Source: Candidatus Hadarchaeota archaeon
GTDB taxonomy: Archaea > CAYQAE01 > CAYVLA01
Assembly (NCBI GenBank): GCA_964621445.1
Contig: CAZUNO010000004.1
Location: forward strand, 64,001 to 128,000
Direction: 5' to 3'
DNA: 64,000 nucleotides
The notes below the pieces were generated by a model. It did no database searches and was not told where the DNA came from. It saw only the letters and a program-made list of their open reading frames with translations. Below are positions 37,691 to 46,882 of this stretch, in pieces. Position 1 is the stretch's first letter. The number at the start of each line of letters is the position of its first letter. The position numbers were made by a program, and so were the translations under genes.

Positions 37691-39322
37691 ATGAACAAAT
37701 TTCTAGAATCCATCACTGGAAAAAGGTCCTTTCATCTCCTGCTCATCCTTTCCATATTTTATGTAATATCTAGCGGAAGTGTGCTTAGTACAAACGGGCC
37801 CTACCAGCCAATCCAACCAATCCAACCAATCCCCAATCTAACTTTTGATCCAATTCCTCCCGTTACCAATATCAGCCTTAGCGGTACTCAAGGTGAAAAT
37901 GGGTGGTTTACATCCGATGTGACCGTCACCCTGGAGGCAGCCGACAACCAGGGTACATGGAATAGCGGGCTCAAGGGAACCTTCTACTCAGTTATCCACG
38001 AGGACCAGCAATTTTCGCTTTCCTTGGAGTACACTGAACCCTTCACGGTTTCCCGGGAGGGGAAAAATACGGTCCGGTACCATTCGATAGATAACTATGA
38101 TAATTCGGAGGAAACCAATATCGAAGAGATTAGGATCGATAAGACCGAGCCACAGGGCTCCATGTCCATAAAGGGCCAGCCAGAGTATGTTTCGGAGCGG
38201 GATATACAGTTAAGCCTTTCGGGAACGGACGGGGTTTCTGGTTTGGCGACGGTGAGGTTAAAGACCGAGGGTGGTAGCTGGAGTGACTGGAGATCATATT
38301 CAAGCTCAATGAACTGGCAGCTAAGCTCAGGTGACGGAGAAAAGACGATAATGGCCCAGTTAAAGGACAGGGCCGGACAAACCTCGGAAACCTACCAGGA
38401 CCAGGTTATCCTGGACACATCTGCCCCGTCAATTTCCCTGGGTAACGAGAATGGATCGGTGGTTAAGAGCAATTCGGTTACCATCAACTGGAGCGCCACC
38501 GACGAGGGTTCAGGGATAGATAGTTACCAGGTCAGGGTCGATGGTGGGTCCTGGAAAAATGCGGGTACGGATTCCTCCTACACCTTTGAGAATCTCGAGG
38601 GTGGGGAACACGTCTTTGAGATCAAGGTAGCTGATGAGCTGGGGCAAACCGAAGTTAAGGCCCTTGAAATGGTGGTAAATACCACCCCAATTGGTGGACC
38701 ATCAATGCTCGAGGAGCTTCTTATCGTGGTGTTAATAATTGCCGTTGCCATAGGAGGGGTACTATACTGGTTGAGCAAGAGGCCCGAGAAACCGCCCGAG
38801 CCAGCCCAGCTGAGGGTTACCGCGGACCCAGATGAGATAATTGCCGATGGAAAATCCACATCCACCATAACCGTGCAACTGCTTGACGAGAAGGGTGAAC
38901 CGGTGGAGGCCAATGCGGATACCGAGGCAAAACTAAAGGCTAGCTCCGGGAGCATCGTCAATCCCGTGGTGAAGATTGCCCAGGGAAGCGATTCCGGAAC
39001 CGCGGTTCTTGGTTCATCCACCAAGTTCGGGAGCGTGAACGTGACCGTCGAGAGTTCCGGGCTGGCTTCCAGTTCCGTTTCGGTTACCTTCAAGGAGAAG
39101 CCTAGATTCTGCATGGGATGTGGCAGCCGAATGTCCGTGGGCGAGAAGAGGTGCGAAAACTGCGGTGCATCTCCATCAAAATTCGCAGGGCCCGAAACCA
39201 AGACCTGTCACTGCGGGGCCGTACTGCCCTACACGGCGAACTACTGCAGTGAGTGCGGCGCCAAACAGTCCCGAGCCGGGGAGTTTTCGGGCGAGGGGCC
39301 CGAGCCCGAATCACAGGAGTGA
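37691..39322 (+). CDS. Single-pass membrane protein: extracellular Ig/FN3-like repeats, TM, invasin (Big_1)-like domain, double zinc ribbon
   Basis: Signal peptide; DxTxP-bounded Ig repeats (IDKTEP, LDTSAP); TM LLIVVLIIAVAIGGVLYWL; ADGKSTSTITVQLLDEKGEPV; C-terminal CMGC/CENC/CHC/CSEC. Confidence 0.85.
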   Translation: MNKFLESITGKRSFHLLLILSIFYVISSGSVLSTNGPYQPIQPIQPIPNLTFDPIPPVTNISLSGTQGENGWFTSDVTVTLEAADNQGTWNSGLKGTFYSVIHEDQQFSLSLEYTEPFTVSREGKNTVRYHSIDNYDNSEETNIEEIRIDKTEPQGSMSIKGQPEYVSERDIQLSLSGTDGVSGLATVRLKTEGGSWSDWRSYSSSMNWQLSSGDGEKTIMAQLKDRAGQTSETYQDQVILDTSAPSISLGNENGSVVKSNSVTINWSATDEGSGIDSYQVRVDGGSWKNAGTDSSYTFENLEGGEHVFEIKVADELGQTEVKALEMVVNTTPIGGPSMLEELLIVVLIIAVAIGGVLYWLSKRPEKPPEPAQLRVTADPDEIIADGKSTSTITVQLLDEKGEPVEANADTEAKLKASSGSIVNPVVKIAQGSDSGTAVLGSSTKFGSVNVTVESSGLASSSVSVTFKEKPRFCMGCGSRMSVGEKRCENCGASPSKFAGPETKTCHCGAVLPYTANYCSECGAKQSRAGEFSGEGPEPESQE

Positions 39323-39327
39323 TATGG

Positions 39328-39723
39328 GTGGGACTTCCGGCTGCAAAGCTTAACGACAAGATAACGGCCATGGACATCCATGTGATAATGGTGCCCTCCC
39401 CCGGGGGTCCGGTGCCCACGCCCACCCCTAGCCCCTTCACCGGAAATATAGTATCCGATGTATCATCCGACGTACTAATTGAGGGCCTTCCGGCAGCCAC
39501 CCTTGGCAGCCGGGCCATCAACATGCCTCCCCATATCCCGGTCGGGGGCCCTTTCATGAAACCTCCCATGAACGAGGGAAAGGTGATGATGGGCAGCACA
39601 AGCGTCCTCATAAATTCAAAGCCGGCAGCACGGCTGGGGGACACCGCCATGACCTGCAATGACCCGGTTGACCTGCCCATAGGACAGGTCATCTCCACAA
39701 CCACCACGGTTTTGATCGGATAG
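39328..39723 (+). CDS. PAAR-repeat spike-tip protein
   Basis: PAAK, PAAT and PAAR repeats with His/His/Cys candidate Zn ligands (DIH, PPH, TCND). GTG start after AGGAGTGA, which overlaps the upstream stop. Confidence 0.93.
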   Translation: MGLPAAKLNDKITAMDIHVIMVPSPGGPVPTPTPSPFTGNIVSDVSSDVLIEGLPAATLGSRAINMPPHIPVGGPFMKPPMNEGKVMMGSTSVLINSKPAARLGDTAMTCNDPVDLPIGQVISTTTTVLIG

Positions 39724-39769
39724 TCCTTAGTTTGATCGTAAAGACCGCGATTGAGTTTGAGAGAGCCGT

Positions 39770-40312
39770 ATGAAGACACACAAAACGGCCGTGGTAATAA
39801 TTCCTCCAGGTGAGGTACTGGAGCCAATACAGGAAATAAGGAAGGTGCACGACAGGCAGTTCAGGCGCTGGATGCCCCATATCACGCTGATCTATCCCTT
39901 TAGGCCCCGGAAATACTTCCCGATAATAGCCCGTGAGATGAGGCCCGCAGCCTCCAATGCAAGCCCTTTCGAGGTGGGCCTTAAGGAGCTGTCATTCTTC
40001 GAGCACTCGTCCGGCAGGTGCACCCTGTGGCTCGTCCCTGAACCAGGGGCTAAACTGGGTGAACTCAGGGAGTCCCTGGTCCAGGTGGTTCCAGATTGCG
40101 ATGATGTTGCTAGATTCAGAAATGGATTTACCCCGCATCTAAGTGTTGGGCAGGCGGAGGGGAAAAGAGAAGCCGTTGAGCTTATTGAGGAGCTTGAAAA
40201 AGGCTGGGAGCCCCGCTCCTTCAAGGTAACCGAAGCCAGCTTCATATCGAGAGGAGACCCTCCCAATGACATATTCCAAAAAAACCTGTCGATAGAGCTT
40301 GGTCAAGAATAG
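39770..40312 (+). CDS. 2H phosphoesterase (2'-5' RNA ligase family)
   Basis: Two HxT/S motifs: PHITLIYPF and FTPHLSVGQ. Confidence 0.9.
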   Translation: MKTHKTAVVIIPPGEVLEPIQEIRKVHDRQFRRWMPHITLIYPFRPRKYFPIIAREMRPAASNASPFEVGLKELSFFEHSSGRCTLWLVPEPGAKLGELRESLVQVVPDCDDVARFRNGFTPHLSVGQAEGKREAVELIEELEKGWEPRSFKVTEASFISRGDPPNDIFQKNLSIELGQE

Positions 40313-41008
40313 CTAGACAAGGGGTCCCTGGCTTCGGACCTCTACCTTTTCTATTAGGCCTACCTCTTTCTGTATCTGTATTTCTCTCTCCAGATCACAC
40401 TCAATCTCTAGCACTGTGGCCTGCATAGGTTCATCTAGTCTCAATTTCCCTTTTCCAGGCTTGATCTCCATGCCCTTTTTGGAGAATTCCTCTTCCGCCA
40501 TCAAAAGGGCCTCCATTACCTTATGGCCCAGGGCATCCGCCTTATCCCTCTCCTTTTGCCATACCTGAATCGAGTACCTGGCCTGCAGTTTGGCTTTTTT
40601 TAGGGTAACGATTCCCCTTTTTGGCTGGTAGCTGACCTTGATATTCTCCTTTCCTTTCTTGGGGGCTCTCTCAAATTGGACCTGTACCTGGTCATAATCC
40701 ATGTGGTAGTCCTCGCCCTCGCGGAGAATCTTTCCCTGCGGATGCTCAACGCGAAGGCTACCTCTCATCATGGATTCCTGAAGCTCAAAGTTCTTTTTGC
40801 TACCCGTCCCGTTCAGCAATTCCACTGCACGTGGAGTCTGGGATTCCAGATCCTCGGATATTGTAGGTTTGCCCATCTCAAAACCGAGATTCCTGATGGA
40901 GATGGCAGGGAGGCTTTCTGGGTCCTCCCCGAAAATTATCCTTTTATCCTCCACTCCCACCTCGGTTTGAAGGAGCTCCCCTATGCTCTCCTCGATCTCT
41001 CTAAGCAT
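40313..41008 (-). CDS. CIS accessory protein, candidate tail terminator/cap with inserted beta-domain
   Basis: Last gene of the tail operon. LPAISI and YSIQVW...DKADAL resemble tail-terminator folds. The central insert resembles the baseplate J repeats. Confidence 0.55.
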   Translation of the reverse strand: MLREIEESIGELLQTEVGVEDKRIIFGEDPESLPAISIRNLGFEMGKPTISEDLESQTPRAVELLNGTGSKKNFELQESMMRGSLRVEHPQGKILREGEDYHMDYDQVQVQFERAPKKGKENIKVSYQPKRGIVTLKKAKLQARYSIQVWQKERDKADALGHKVMEALLMAEEEFSKKGMEIKPGKGKLRLDEPMQATVLEIECDLEREIQIQKEVGLIEKVEVRSQGPLV

Positions 41009-41014
41009 ATGCCT

Positions 41015-41677
41015 TCACTCTGTTAGCTTTTTGGAGGGAATGATCCTGGCCCTTCCGTGAAGCAGGTTGCCTATCCTAGGCGTGCATTCCTCGTCAAGGT
41101 TGGTGAAGGTAATGGTTAGTATTTCCTTTTTGGGATTTGGATTATGGAGTCGATATCTGTACCATACATATTCGTTTGAGGAAAGGAGATATTCGACGTA
41201 GGGGTTGTCCTCTCCCTTTGGCCTTAACCTGGATCTATCGTGGACGAACATCTCGCTAAACACGTACTGGGTACCGTCGGTATAGTCCAGGGCTATGTCC
41301 AGTGTTTTTCTATCCCCGTTCTCCGCTCCTGCCCAGTAGTCAATGGAATCAAGCTTGGAGACTATCCCGAATCTGCAGATATCTCCCACCTGACCGGGAT
41401 CCAGTAGCCACTGCTTGGTAATCAAGCCCACTATCTGGGTCTCATAGCTTGAGGACTCGCCGGGAATGACCTCGTTAAGCTCGTGGGGATTTCCTATCTG
41501 GCTGGTTACATTGAGAAGGGTGGTTGTCTCCTGCATATTATCTATGTAGTCTCGGAGAATCTCGATCTTCTTTTCAAGAGAATCGAGATCGGACTTTATC
41601 TTGTTCTGCATTTCGTTCCAGTCTTCAGACTTGATTACCTCTCCAGGGTTTCTGGCTATTGGTTCAAATTCTACCAT
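41015..41677 (-). CDS. CIS accessory protein, candidate short fibre/baseplate appendage
   Basis: N-terminal PGEVIKSEDWN, short coiled coil and beta-rich C-terminal domain. Follows the wedge genes. GGAGG precedes ATG 41677. Confidence 0.5.
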   Translation of the reverse strand: MVEFEPIARNPGEVIKSEDWNEMQNKIKSDLDSLEKKIEILRDYIDNMQETTTLLNVTSQIGNPHELNEVIPGESSSYETQIVGLITKQWLLDPGQVGDICRFGIVSKLDSIDYWAGAENGDRKTLDIALDYTDGTQYVFSEMFVHDRSRLRPKGEDNPYVEYLLSSNEYVWYRYRLHNPNPKKEILTITFTNLDEECTPRIGNLLHGRARIIPSKKLTE

Positions 41678-41678
41678 T

Positions 41679-42596
41679 TCAATCATCCTCCGATACGGCA
41701 ACGATCCCGGTCGTCCCCGCGGCCTTCATTGAGTTAACTACCTTCTGAAGGTACTCTTGGGAGACATCGCTAGATTCCAGCGTATCATGATCTATAATGA
41801 CCTTAAAGGTTGAGGGTTGGAGCCTTTTCCATTCGAATTCTATCTCAACCGGGGGTATACCAACGGCGAAAGTCTGTTCATCGAACTTTGCCTCATCAAA
41901 TACTCCCACCATTTTTCCCAGGGATTCGCTGTACTTCCATTTTGATATCCATCTGGTGAGCGTAGGTATTTCTCCCGGGGATTTTTCATCGGGCAGCTTC
42001 TCCCCGTCTAGAGTGGCAGCTCCTTTTTCCAGTATTAGTGTTTGATTACTCCCTAACTTACCATCATAGGTGACCGACTCGCCGGTATCGATGTTGGTTA
42101 TCTCTGGCTGGCTGACCTCGCCACCCTCCTTGACGGTTATGGTTATTCGAGGCTTAGCATCCTCTATGCTCTGGCTGCTGATCTGCCAGGTATCGCTGGC
42201 CCTTACCGTCAGCTTCTGGCGTCCCGGCGCCGGAGGATTCTCCACAACCTTGACCGAGCCCTGCCCCTCGTCCCTTATGAGCTTGGTAACCGAGTCCAAG
42301 ATTGCCGATACCGTTCCACCCCCCTTGTACTCGTCAACGGCTCTATGGATACGAGTTCGGAAATTGGCATCATCTTCATCGTCAAATCTTTCCATGCCCA
42401 GGAGGCTTGCCAGATTGTCCAGGTTTTCCCCATCAGCAACGTCGACCCATTTTGTCTTCATGACGTCCATGAGCTTATCTTCCGCCAGATCGAGTTCGGT
42501 GCTGATCCCATGTATGAGGACACTAATCAGGGAATCTTCGTCCCAACTTCTATAAAAACGAGGAAGCCTCCGCCTAATTCTTTCGACCCGGTCCAT
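41679..42596 (-). CDS. Baseplate wedge protein (P2 gpI / T4 gp7-like)
   Basis: ADGENLDNLASLLGMER...EDDANFRTRI...GGGTVSAI and C-terminal KAAGT. Directly after baseplate J. Confidence 0.78.
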   Translation of the reverse strand: MDRVERIRRRLPRFYRSWDEDSLISVLIHGISTELDLAEDKLMDVMKTKWVDVADGENLDNLASLLGMERFDDEDDANFRTRIHRAVDEYKGGGTVSAILDSVTKLIRDEGQGSVKVVENPPAPGRQKLTVRASDTWQISSQSIEDAKPRITITVKEGGEVSQPEITNIDTGESVTYDGKLGSNQTLILEKGAATLDGEKLPDEKSPGEIPTLTRWISKWKYSESLGKMVGVFDEAKFDEQTFAVGIPPVEIEFEWKRLQPSTFKVIIDHDTLESSDVSQEYLQKVVNSMKAAGTTGIVAVSEDD

Positions 42597-42600
42597 CCAA

Positions 42601-44169
42601 TCACTTCAATTCGAAATCTATATCCATATTTCTTGGTTCCGCACGTTCCCGGCTAGATATGGTTATGTTCTCCTTTTCACTCTGCACTATCTCTCCTTCC
42701 TTGTGCGCCGTGAGTTTGACCTCCCTGACATCGATAACCTGGTTTACTTTAAGCGCGGAGTCGATAACCCGGGAATATAGCACATCCTCCCCTATTCCCA
42801 GGAAGGATATGTAGCTTCTCACCGCCATCTCGGCCTCGGTAAGCACACCGGGAGCATCGGCGGATTTTTTCAAAGTGAGAATGAAGCTAACATCGATGTA
42901 GGCCCTCTTCGGCCTGGAAAACTCGACCTTGATGCCCGCGGCCCGCGTTTCGTCTATTACCGCCTGAATCTCTTCTCCATCGCCCCCATCAGCGATAACG
43001 GCGACTATTCCCGGAACATCCTCGGGCATGTCCTCCACAAGAAGGGATCTAACTCCCTCGACCGCCCCCACTGCCGATTCAAGAGAGGACACGGTTGCTC
43101 TACCCGCGAATTCGAGGGCATGCCTTGCCCTTTCACGGAGCTCCTCATCGGTCTCCGTGCCCACGCCATTGGTGATGTCGCCCTTGTTTATCACATACTC
43201 AATTCCGGGGACCGGCTGAGGCATAACGGTGATGGTGCCGGCGAGCACGTTACCACGGGTTCCCGGTTGGTCACAGACCACGGGAACATCGGCTTCCCAT
43301 CTTCCCTCCTCCGTGGGCGAGAGCTCACCCTCTTCGGTGGTGGTGAATGTACGGGCTTCCTCGGGGGTGGAGGAGAATGTGGATACGCTTGCACCTTTGG
43401 GCACGATTATCTGATTATAGCTTGTATAGTCAACGCGAAAAACGGTTCGGGGGTCGGGCTTGGTCCCTTCGGCCACCCACCTGATCCTATTTTCCACCAC
43501 AATGTAGTCGACCTCGGGTTGGAAGGTATGCTCCTCACCCTCTACGGTCCCCTCCACACTGGATACCTCCTCGACCAGAGGCTTCTTGAGCTCGTATTCA
43601 TCAGAACCATCGAAGAGGTGAACCTCTTCTGAATTTGCTACCGTTTCTGGCTCGGAAGCTCTGCCGAAAGTTACCTGTCCCGAGGAAGGCTTTGGGGGTT
43701 TCCTGGTTATTCCGAGAAGGGAGACAACCATATCCAGGGCCTCTCCCTCCGCGGTCTCCAAAAAACCGGACTCATGAACCTCCTCCATCTGAGAGTAAAG
43801 GAAATCGATCTCCCGGCTTATGGCCTCCACTATGGTCCTAACCACGCTACCTGGGCTCACGTCCGAGATCCCGGCCGGCCTTGAGAACCAGTAGCTAACC
43901 TCGAATTCGGTGCCCTGGTCGGGGTGCCTTCCATCTGGTAACCACTCCACCTGGTTGGCTATTAATCTGAAATCCTCTTCTATATTGAACTGGACACCGG
44001 TCCCGTTGTGGATACCAGTGATCTTTGAGATCTTCTCCACAGGTTTGCTGGACAATTGATAGGAATTTAACCCCTGCCTGTATTCGATTTCCTCCACATT
44101 TTCCCCGCCAGTTATCTGGGTCAAGATGTCCTTTGAAACCTTTCTGTAGTCCTTCCGTATCGCCTTCAC
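42601..44169 (-). CDS. Baseplate J / gp47 / T4 gp6-like wedge protein
   Basis: PGSVVRTIVEA, TAEGEALD...LGITR, PGTRGNV, GTETDEELRER and RAAGI. Confidence 0.92.
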   Translation of the reverse strand: MKAIRKDYRKVSKDILTQITGGENVEEIEYRQGLNSYQLSSKPVEKISKITGIHNGTGVQFNIEEDFRLIANQVEWLPDGRHPDQGTEFEVSYWFSRPAGISDVSPGSVVRTIVEAISREIDFLYSQMEEVHESGFLETAEGEALDMVVSLLGITRKPPKPSSGQVTFGRASEPETVANSEEVHLFDGSDEYELKKPLVEEVSSVEGTVEGEEHTFQPEVDYIVVENRIRWVAEGTKPDPRTVFRVDYTSYNQIIVPKGASVSTFSSTPEEARTFTTTEEGELSPTEEGRWEADVPVVCDQPGTRGNVLAGTITVMPQPVPGIEYVINKGDITNGVGTETDEELRERARHALEFAGRATVSSLESAVGAVEGVRSLLVEDMPEDVPGIVAVIADGGDGEEIQAVIDETRAAGIKVEFSRPKRAYIDVSFILTLKKSADAPGVLTEAEMAVRSYISFLGIGEDVLYSRVIDSALKVNQVIDVREVKLTAHKEGEIVQSEKENITISSRERAEPRNMDIDFELK

Positions 44170-44576
44170 TCCTCTCCCTCCAAATCGAATGGGTAGGTAA
44201 TGCTAAGCGTTCTTCCTTCCCCCTCGGGGACCACGGATATGGCTATATACAATAGGTTGGGGTCATGATTATCGGATCTAACCCTAATCTCGGTTACTTC
44301 CCTTATCCTTGGCTCCTGGGAGAGTGCAAACCTTATCGTGTTACGTATTCTATTCCTGGTCATCTCGTTATTCGGCTCCCCTATTATGTCATACAGGCGG
44401 GACCCGTAATCCGCATGACCCACATCCTCCAATTCACCCTCCTCGGTGGTTAGGCGATGAATAATTGCCTGGGCAAGATTGTCTTCCCCGGAGATAACAT
44501 CCAGGTCCCCTTTGCCGGGAACTAGATCAGCACCCACCCGGTCGAATTCGAGTCTGAGATCTGTTTTCATGGACAT
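44166..44576 (-). CDS. gp25/GPW baseplate (sheath initiator) protein
   Basis: SGEDNLAQAIIHRLTTEEGEL, HADYGSRL and EPRI. Confidence 0.92.
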   Translation of the reverse strand: MSMKTDLRLEFDRVGADLVPGKGDLDVISGEDNLAQAIIHRLTTEEGELEDVGHADYGSRLYDIIGEPNNEMTRNRIRNTIRFALSQEPRIREVTEIRVRSDNHDPNLLYIAISVVPEGEGRTLSITYPFDLEGEE

Positions 44577-44586
44577 ATCAAAACCT

Positions 44587-45399
44587 CTAGTTTATGGTCA
44601 CCAGTGACCCCTTGATCTTGGTAACTGCACTCGAGGAAAGCTCCGAGAATGCATCGGATTTTAGTAGAAGCTGTAGCGCCTGGACCTTTGCCTTCCCCTG
44701 GGTGGTGGCATTTAGCGCCGTCTGGGCCTCCATGCCAATCTCGGCCGACTTGATATCGGCACTCTTCTTTGATTCAAGTTTTAGATCGGTGCCACAATCG
44801 AGCCCCATCGCCTTCTGGCTTTCAATCTTTACGTCAGATCCCGATATGCTCATATTGCCACTGGATTTAAGTGAGGCATCTCCATCCGCCGCTATCGAAA
44901 CGTTTCCCTTTGACTTTATCTCGACGTCCCCATCCTTCTTCACCCTGATTTTAGTTTCCCCGGAGGTAAGATTCGCCTCCTCGTCGCTTATGGCGAGCGT
45001 GGTTCCGCTTGGAAACTCCAAATATATCCTTCTAACATCCGAGTTCTCCTCCTGGGGGGAAACGTAAACCACTTCCTCTGCCTCGCTTGCCGGCGGCCTA
45101 TCCTCATCATTATACAGCCTACCGACCACTATTGGATAGTTTATATCTCCGTTAGCAAATACCACCAGCACCAGATCACCCACGTTGGGAGGTCCCACAA
45201 AACCTATTACCTGGGTAGCTATCTGGGCCCTTCTGATTTCCAGATCTGGATTCTTGAGCCTAACGTCGCATTCGTAGTTGTCCTTGTCGCTTTCATCCTG
45301 GTGAGGGTAGATGGAGGTTACGACGCCCAGCTGGGGCATCCAGAAATTGCTGAGTTCCTCCTGTGTTATCCCTCTTACCGCTTCGACTATATCCATCAT
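44587..45399 (-). CDS. Central spike (P2 gpV / gp5 OB-fold plus beta-helix)
   Basis: LGVVTS and PNVGDLVLVVFANGDINYPIVVGRLY OB-fold motif, then beta-repeats ending bluntly in IKGSLVTIN. Confidence 0.9.
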   Translation of the reverse strand: MMDIVEAVRGITQEELSNFWMPQLGVVTSIYPHQDESDKDNYECDVRLKNPDLEIRRAQIATQVIGFVGPPNVGDLVLVVFANGDINYPIVVGRLYNDEDRPPASEAEEVVYVSPQEENSDVRRIYLEFPSGTTLAISDEEANLTSGETKIRVKKDGDVEIKSKGNVSIAADGDASLKSSGNMSISGSDVKIESQKAMGLDCGTDLKLESKKSADIKSAEIGMEAQTALNATTQGKAKVQALQLLLKSDAFSELSSSAVTKIKGSLVTIN

Positions 45400-46379
45400 G
45401 GTAGTTCGGCTCCTTTCTTCCTTCCAGTTACGGTGGTGGTGAAGCCCTTTGTCTTGCTTAGGTAGTGCTCCACTCCGGTGACCTGTATCTCTCCATTTAG
45501 TGACGAATTTGGCGTGCCATTGACATCAACCACGTCTCCGAGTTTGATCTCCGCGCGTCCCACCAGGTCCAGGGTAACCTTCATTTTGTATTTCATTTTC
45601 TCCGCTCTCGCCTTAGCGACGCTTTGGGCGGTTTTAGTATCCTTTATGGTGGGGTCATTTATGATGAGGGGATTTCCGCCGCCGCCTCCGGATATCTTTG
45701 CTAAAACGTTCTGTTTCGTCAACCAGGTTATGGTGTGCGAACCCTTAGAGCTTGAAGGGCTTTCCCCCCGAATCTCGGTGGACCCATACCTTGGGGATGT
45801 ATCGAGACAAGAGGCGCTCATGATATCCTTTCCGTATTCCACCGTATGTCGATCCTCGGTAACCCAGGATCGAAATATTAGCTGGCCCTGCTCGTTTGAA
45901 TAGATATCGAAATTACATTTCTTGGCCAGCTTCAGGATGTGCTTAAAGGCATTTATCTTATCATCGAGGGAATATATCGGTAGATTAATTCCATCGGAGG
46001 CCTCCTTGACCTCTATCTCGGCCTCCTTGGCCAGATCCTTCACTATCTTACCCGCAGTTTGATTCGAGTATACCTTCTTGGTCTTGAGTTTCAGAAGTGC
46101 CGAGAAGGGACCCAGTCCGGTCAGGGTTAGGTTTCTGATATCGTACTCGACCTTGTCCAACGCACCGGCAAACACCTTCTCCAGTTTATCCTCATAACCA
46201 AGGCTGGCCTCCACCATCTCCTTTCCCTCGACCTCTAGGGCATCTGGAGATGACATCTTTATCTCGCAGCTATCAATGGGCAATCCCATGCTTCTCTTAA
46301 CCCGAAGGCTCACCAGCTTCCTTTCCTTGGCCGAAATCGAGTCCGATCCTACGGTGATGGAGAAAGCCGGTTTCATCAT
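45396..46379 (-). CDS. Baseplate hub (P2 gpD / Mu gp44 / T4 gp27-like)
   Basis: LGYEDKLEKVFAG, QTAGKIVKDLA, GRAEIKLGDVV and VTGVEHYLSKTKGFTT. Position directly before the spike. Confidence 0.88.
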   Translation of the reverse strand: MMKPAFSITVGSDSISAKERKLVSLRVKRSMGLPIDSCEIKMSSPDALEVEGKEMVEASLGYEDKLEKVFAGALDKVEYDIRNLTLTGLGPFSALLKLKTKKVYSNQTAGKIVKDLAKEAEIEVKEASDGINLPIYSLDDKINAFKHILKLAKKCNFDIYSNEQGQLIFRSWVTEDRHTVEYGKDIMSASCLDTSPRYGSTEIRGESPSSSKGSHTITWLTKQNVLAKISGGGGGNPLIINDPTIKDTKTAQSVAKARAEKMKYKMKVTLDLVGRAEIKLGDVVDVNGTPNSSLNGEIQVTGVEHYLSKTKGFTTTVTGRKKGAELP

Positions 46380-46880
46380 CTACACCATCGACCCCCTAGA
46401 TGAATTGATCTCCTTTACCTTACTCCTTACCTCCTCCTTCGCCGATTGCTTCTGTTCCGGGGGCGGCGTTTCACCTGGGCCCTTCTCAGGTTCATGCTCC
46501 CTCAGTACCATGGAGTATTCGCTGCCCGAGGGTTCGGTGTTTTTTAGGGTAGCCGAGAATTTTTCCATAACTACCTCAGTTACCTCCGTCAGAGGGCTTA
46601 TATCGCAGGAAAATGATAACACCTTGCCCTTGGAGAAAAGATCCCTGAGCTGATCAAGGGTCTCGGGAGTGTCCGGGCCAACCAACCGACCGTCGAAGGA
46701 GATCTTTACCGGGTCCCGCCCCAGGTCCTGAAATACATTTGAATCGGAACCCGGGATCTTGAGCTCAACCACCGATCGCTCTCCGCTTATTGATAGATTA
46801 GCTATATTTCTAAGCTCCCGGATCACCCCATCCTCATCATTTCGCATAATGAGATCTATGTCCTCTACCCTCATCTGCAT
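46380..46880 (-). CDS. Tube initiator/baseplate protein (P2 gpU / Mu gpN N-terminal-like)
   Basis: VELKIPGSDSNVFQDLGRDPVKISFDG and YSMVLRE. Lies between the tape-measure-like gene and the hub. Confidence 0.75.
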   Translation of the reverse strand: MQMRVEDIDLIMRNDEDGVIRELRNIANLSISGERSVVELKIPGSDSNVFQDLGRDPVKISFDGRLVGPDTPETLDQLRDLFSKGKVLSFSCDISPLTEVTEVVMEKFSATLKNTEPSGSEYSMVLREHEPEKGPGETPPPEQKQSAKEEVRSKVKEINSSRGSMV

Positions 46881-46882
46881 AG

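Noticed and set aside
37805-37837. Short tandem repeat (CCAATCCAA-like x3)
   Set aside because: It encodes an in-frame QPIQPIQPIP linker and is too short to be an array.
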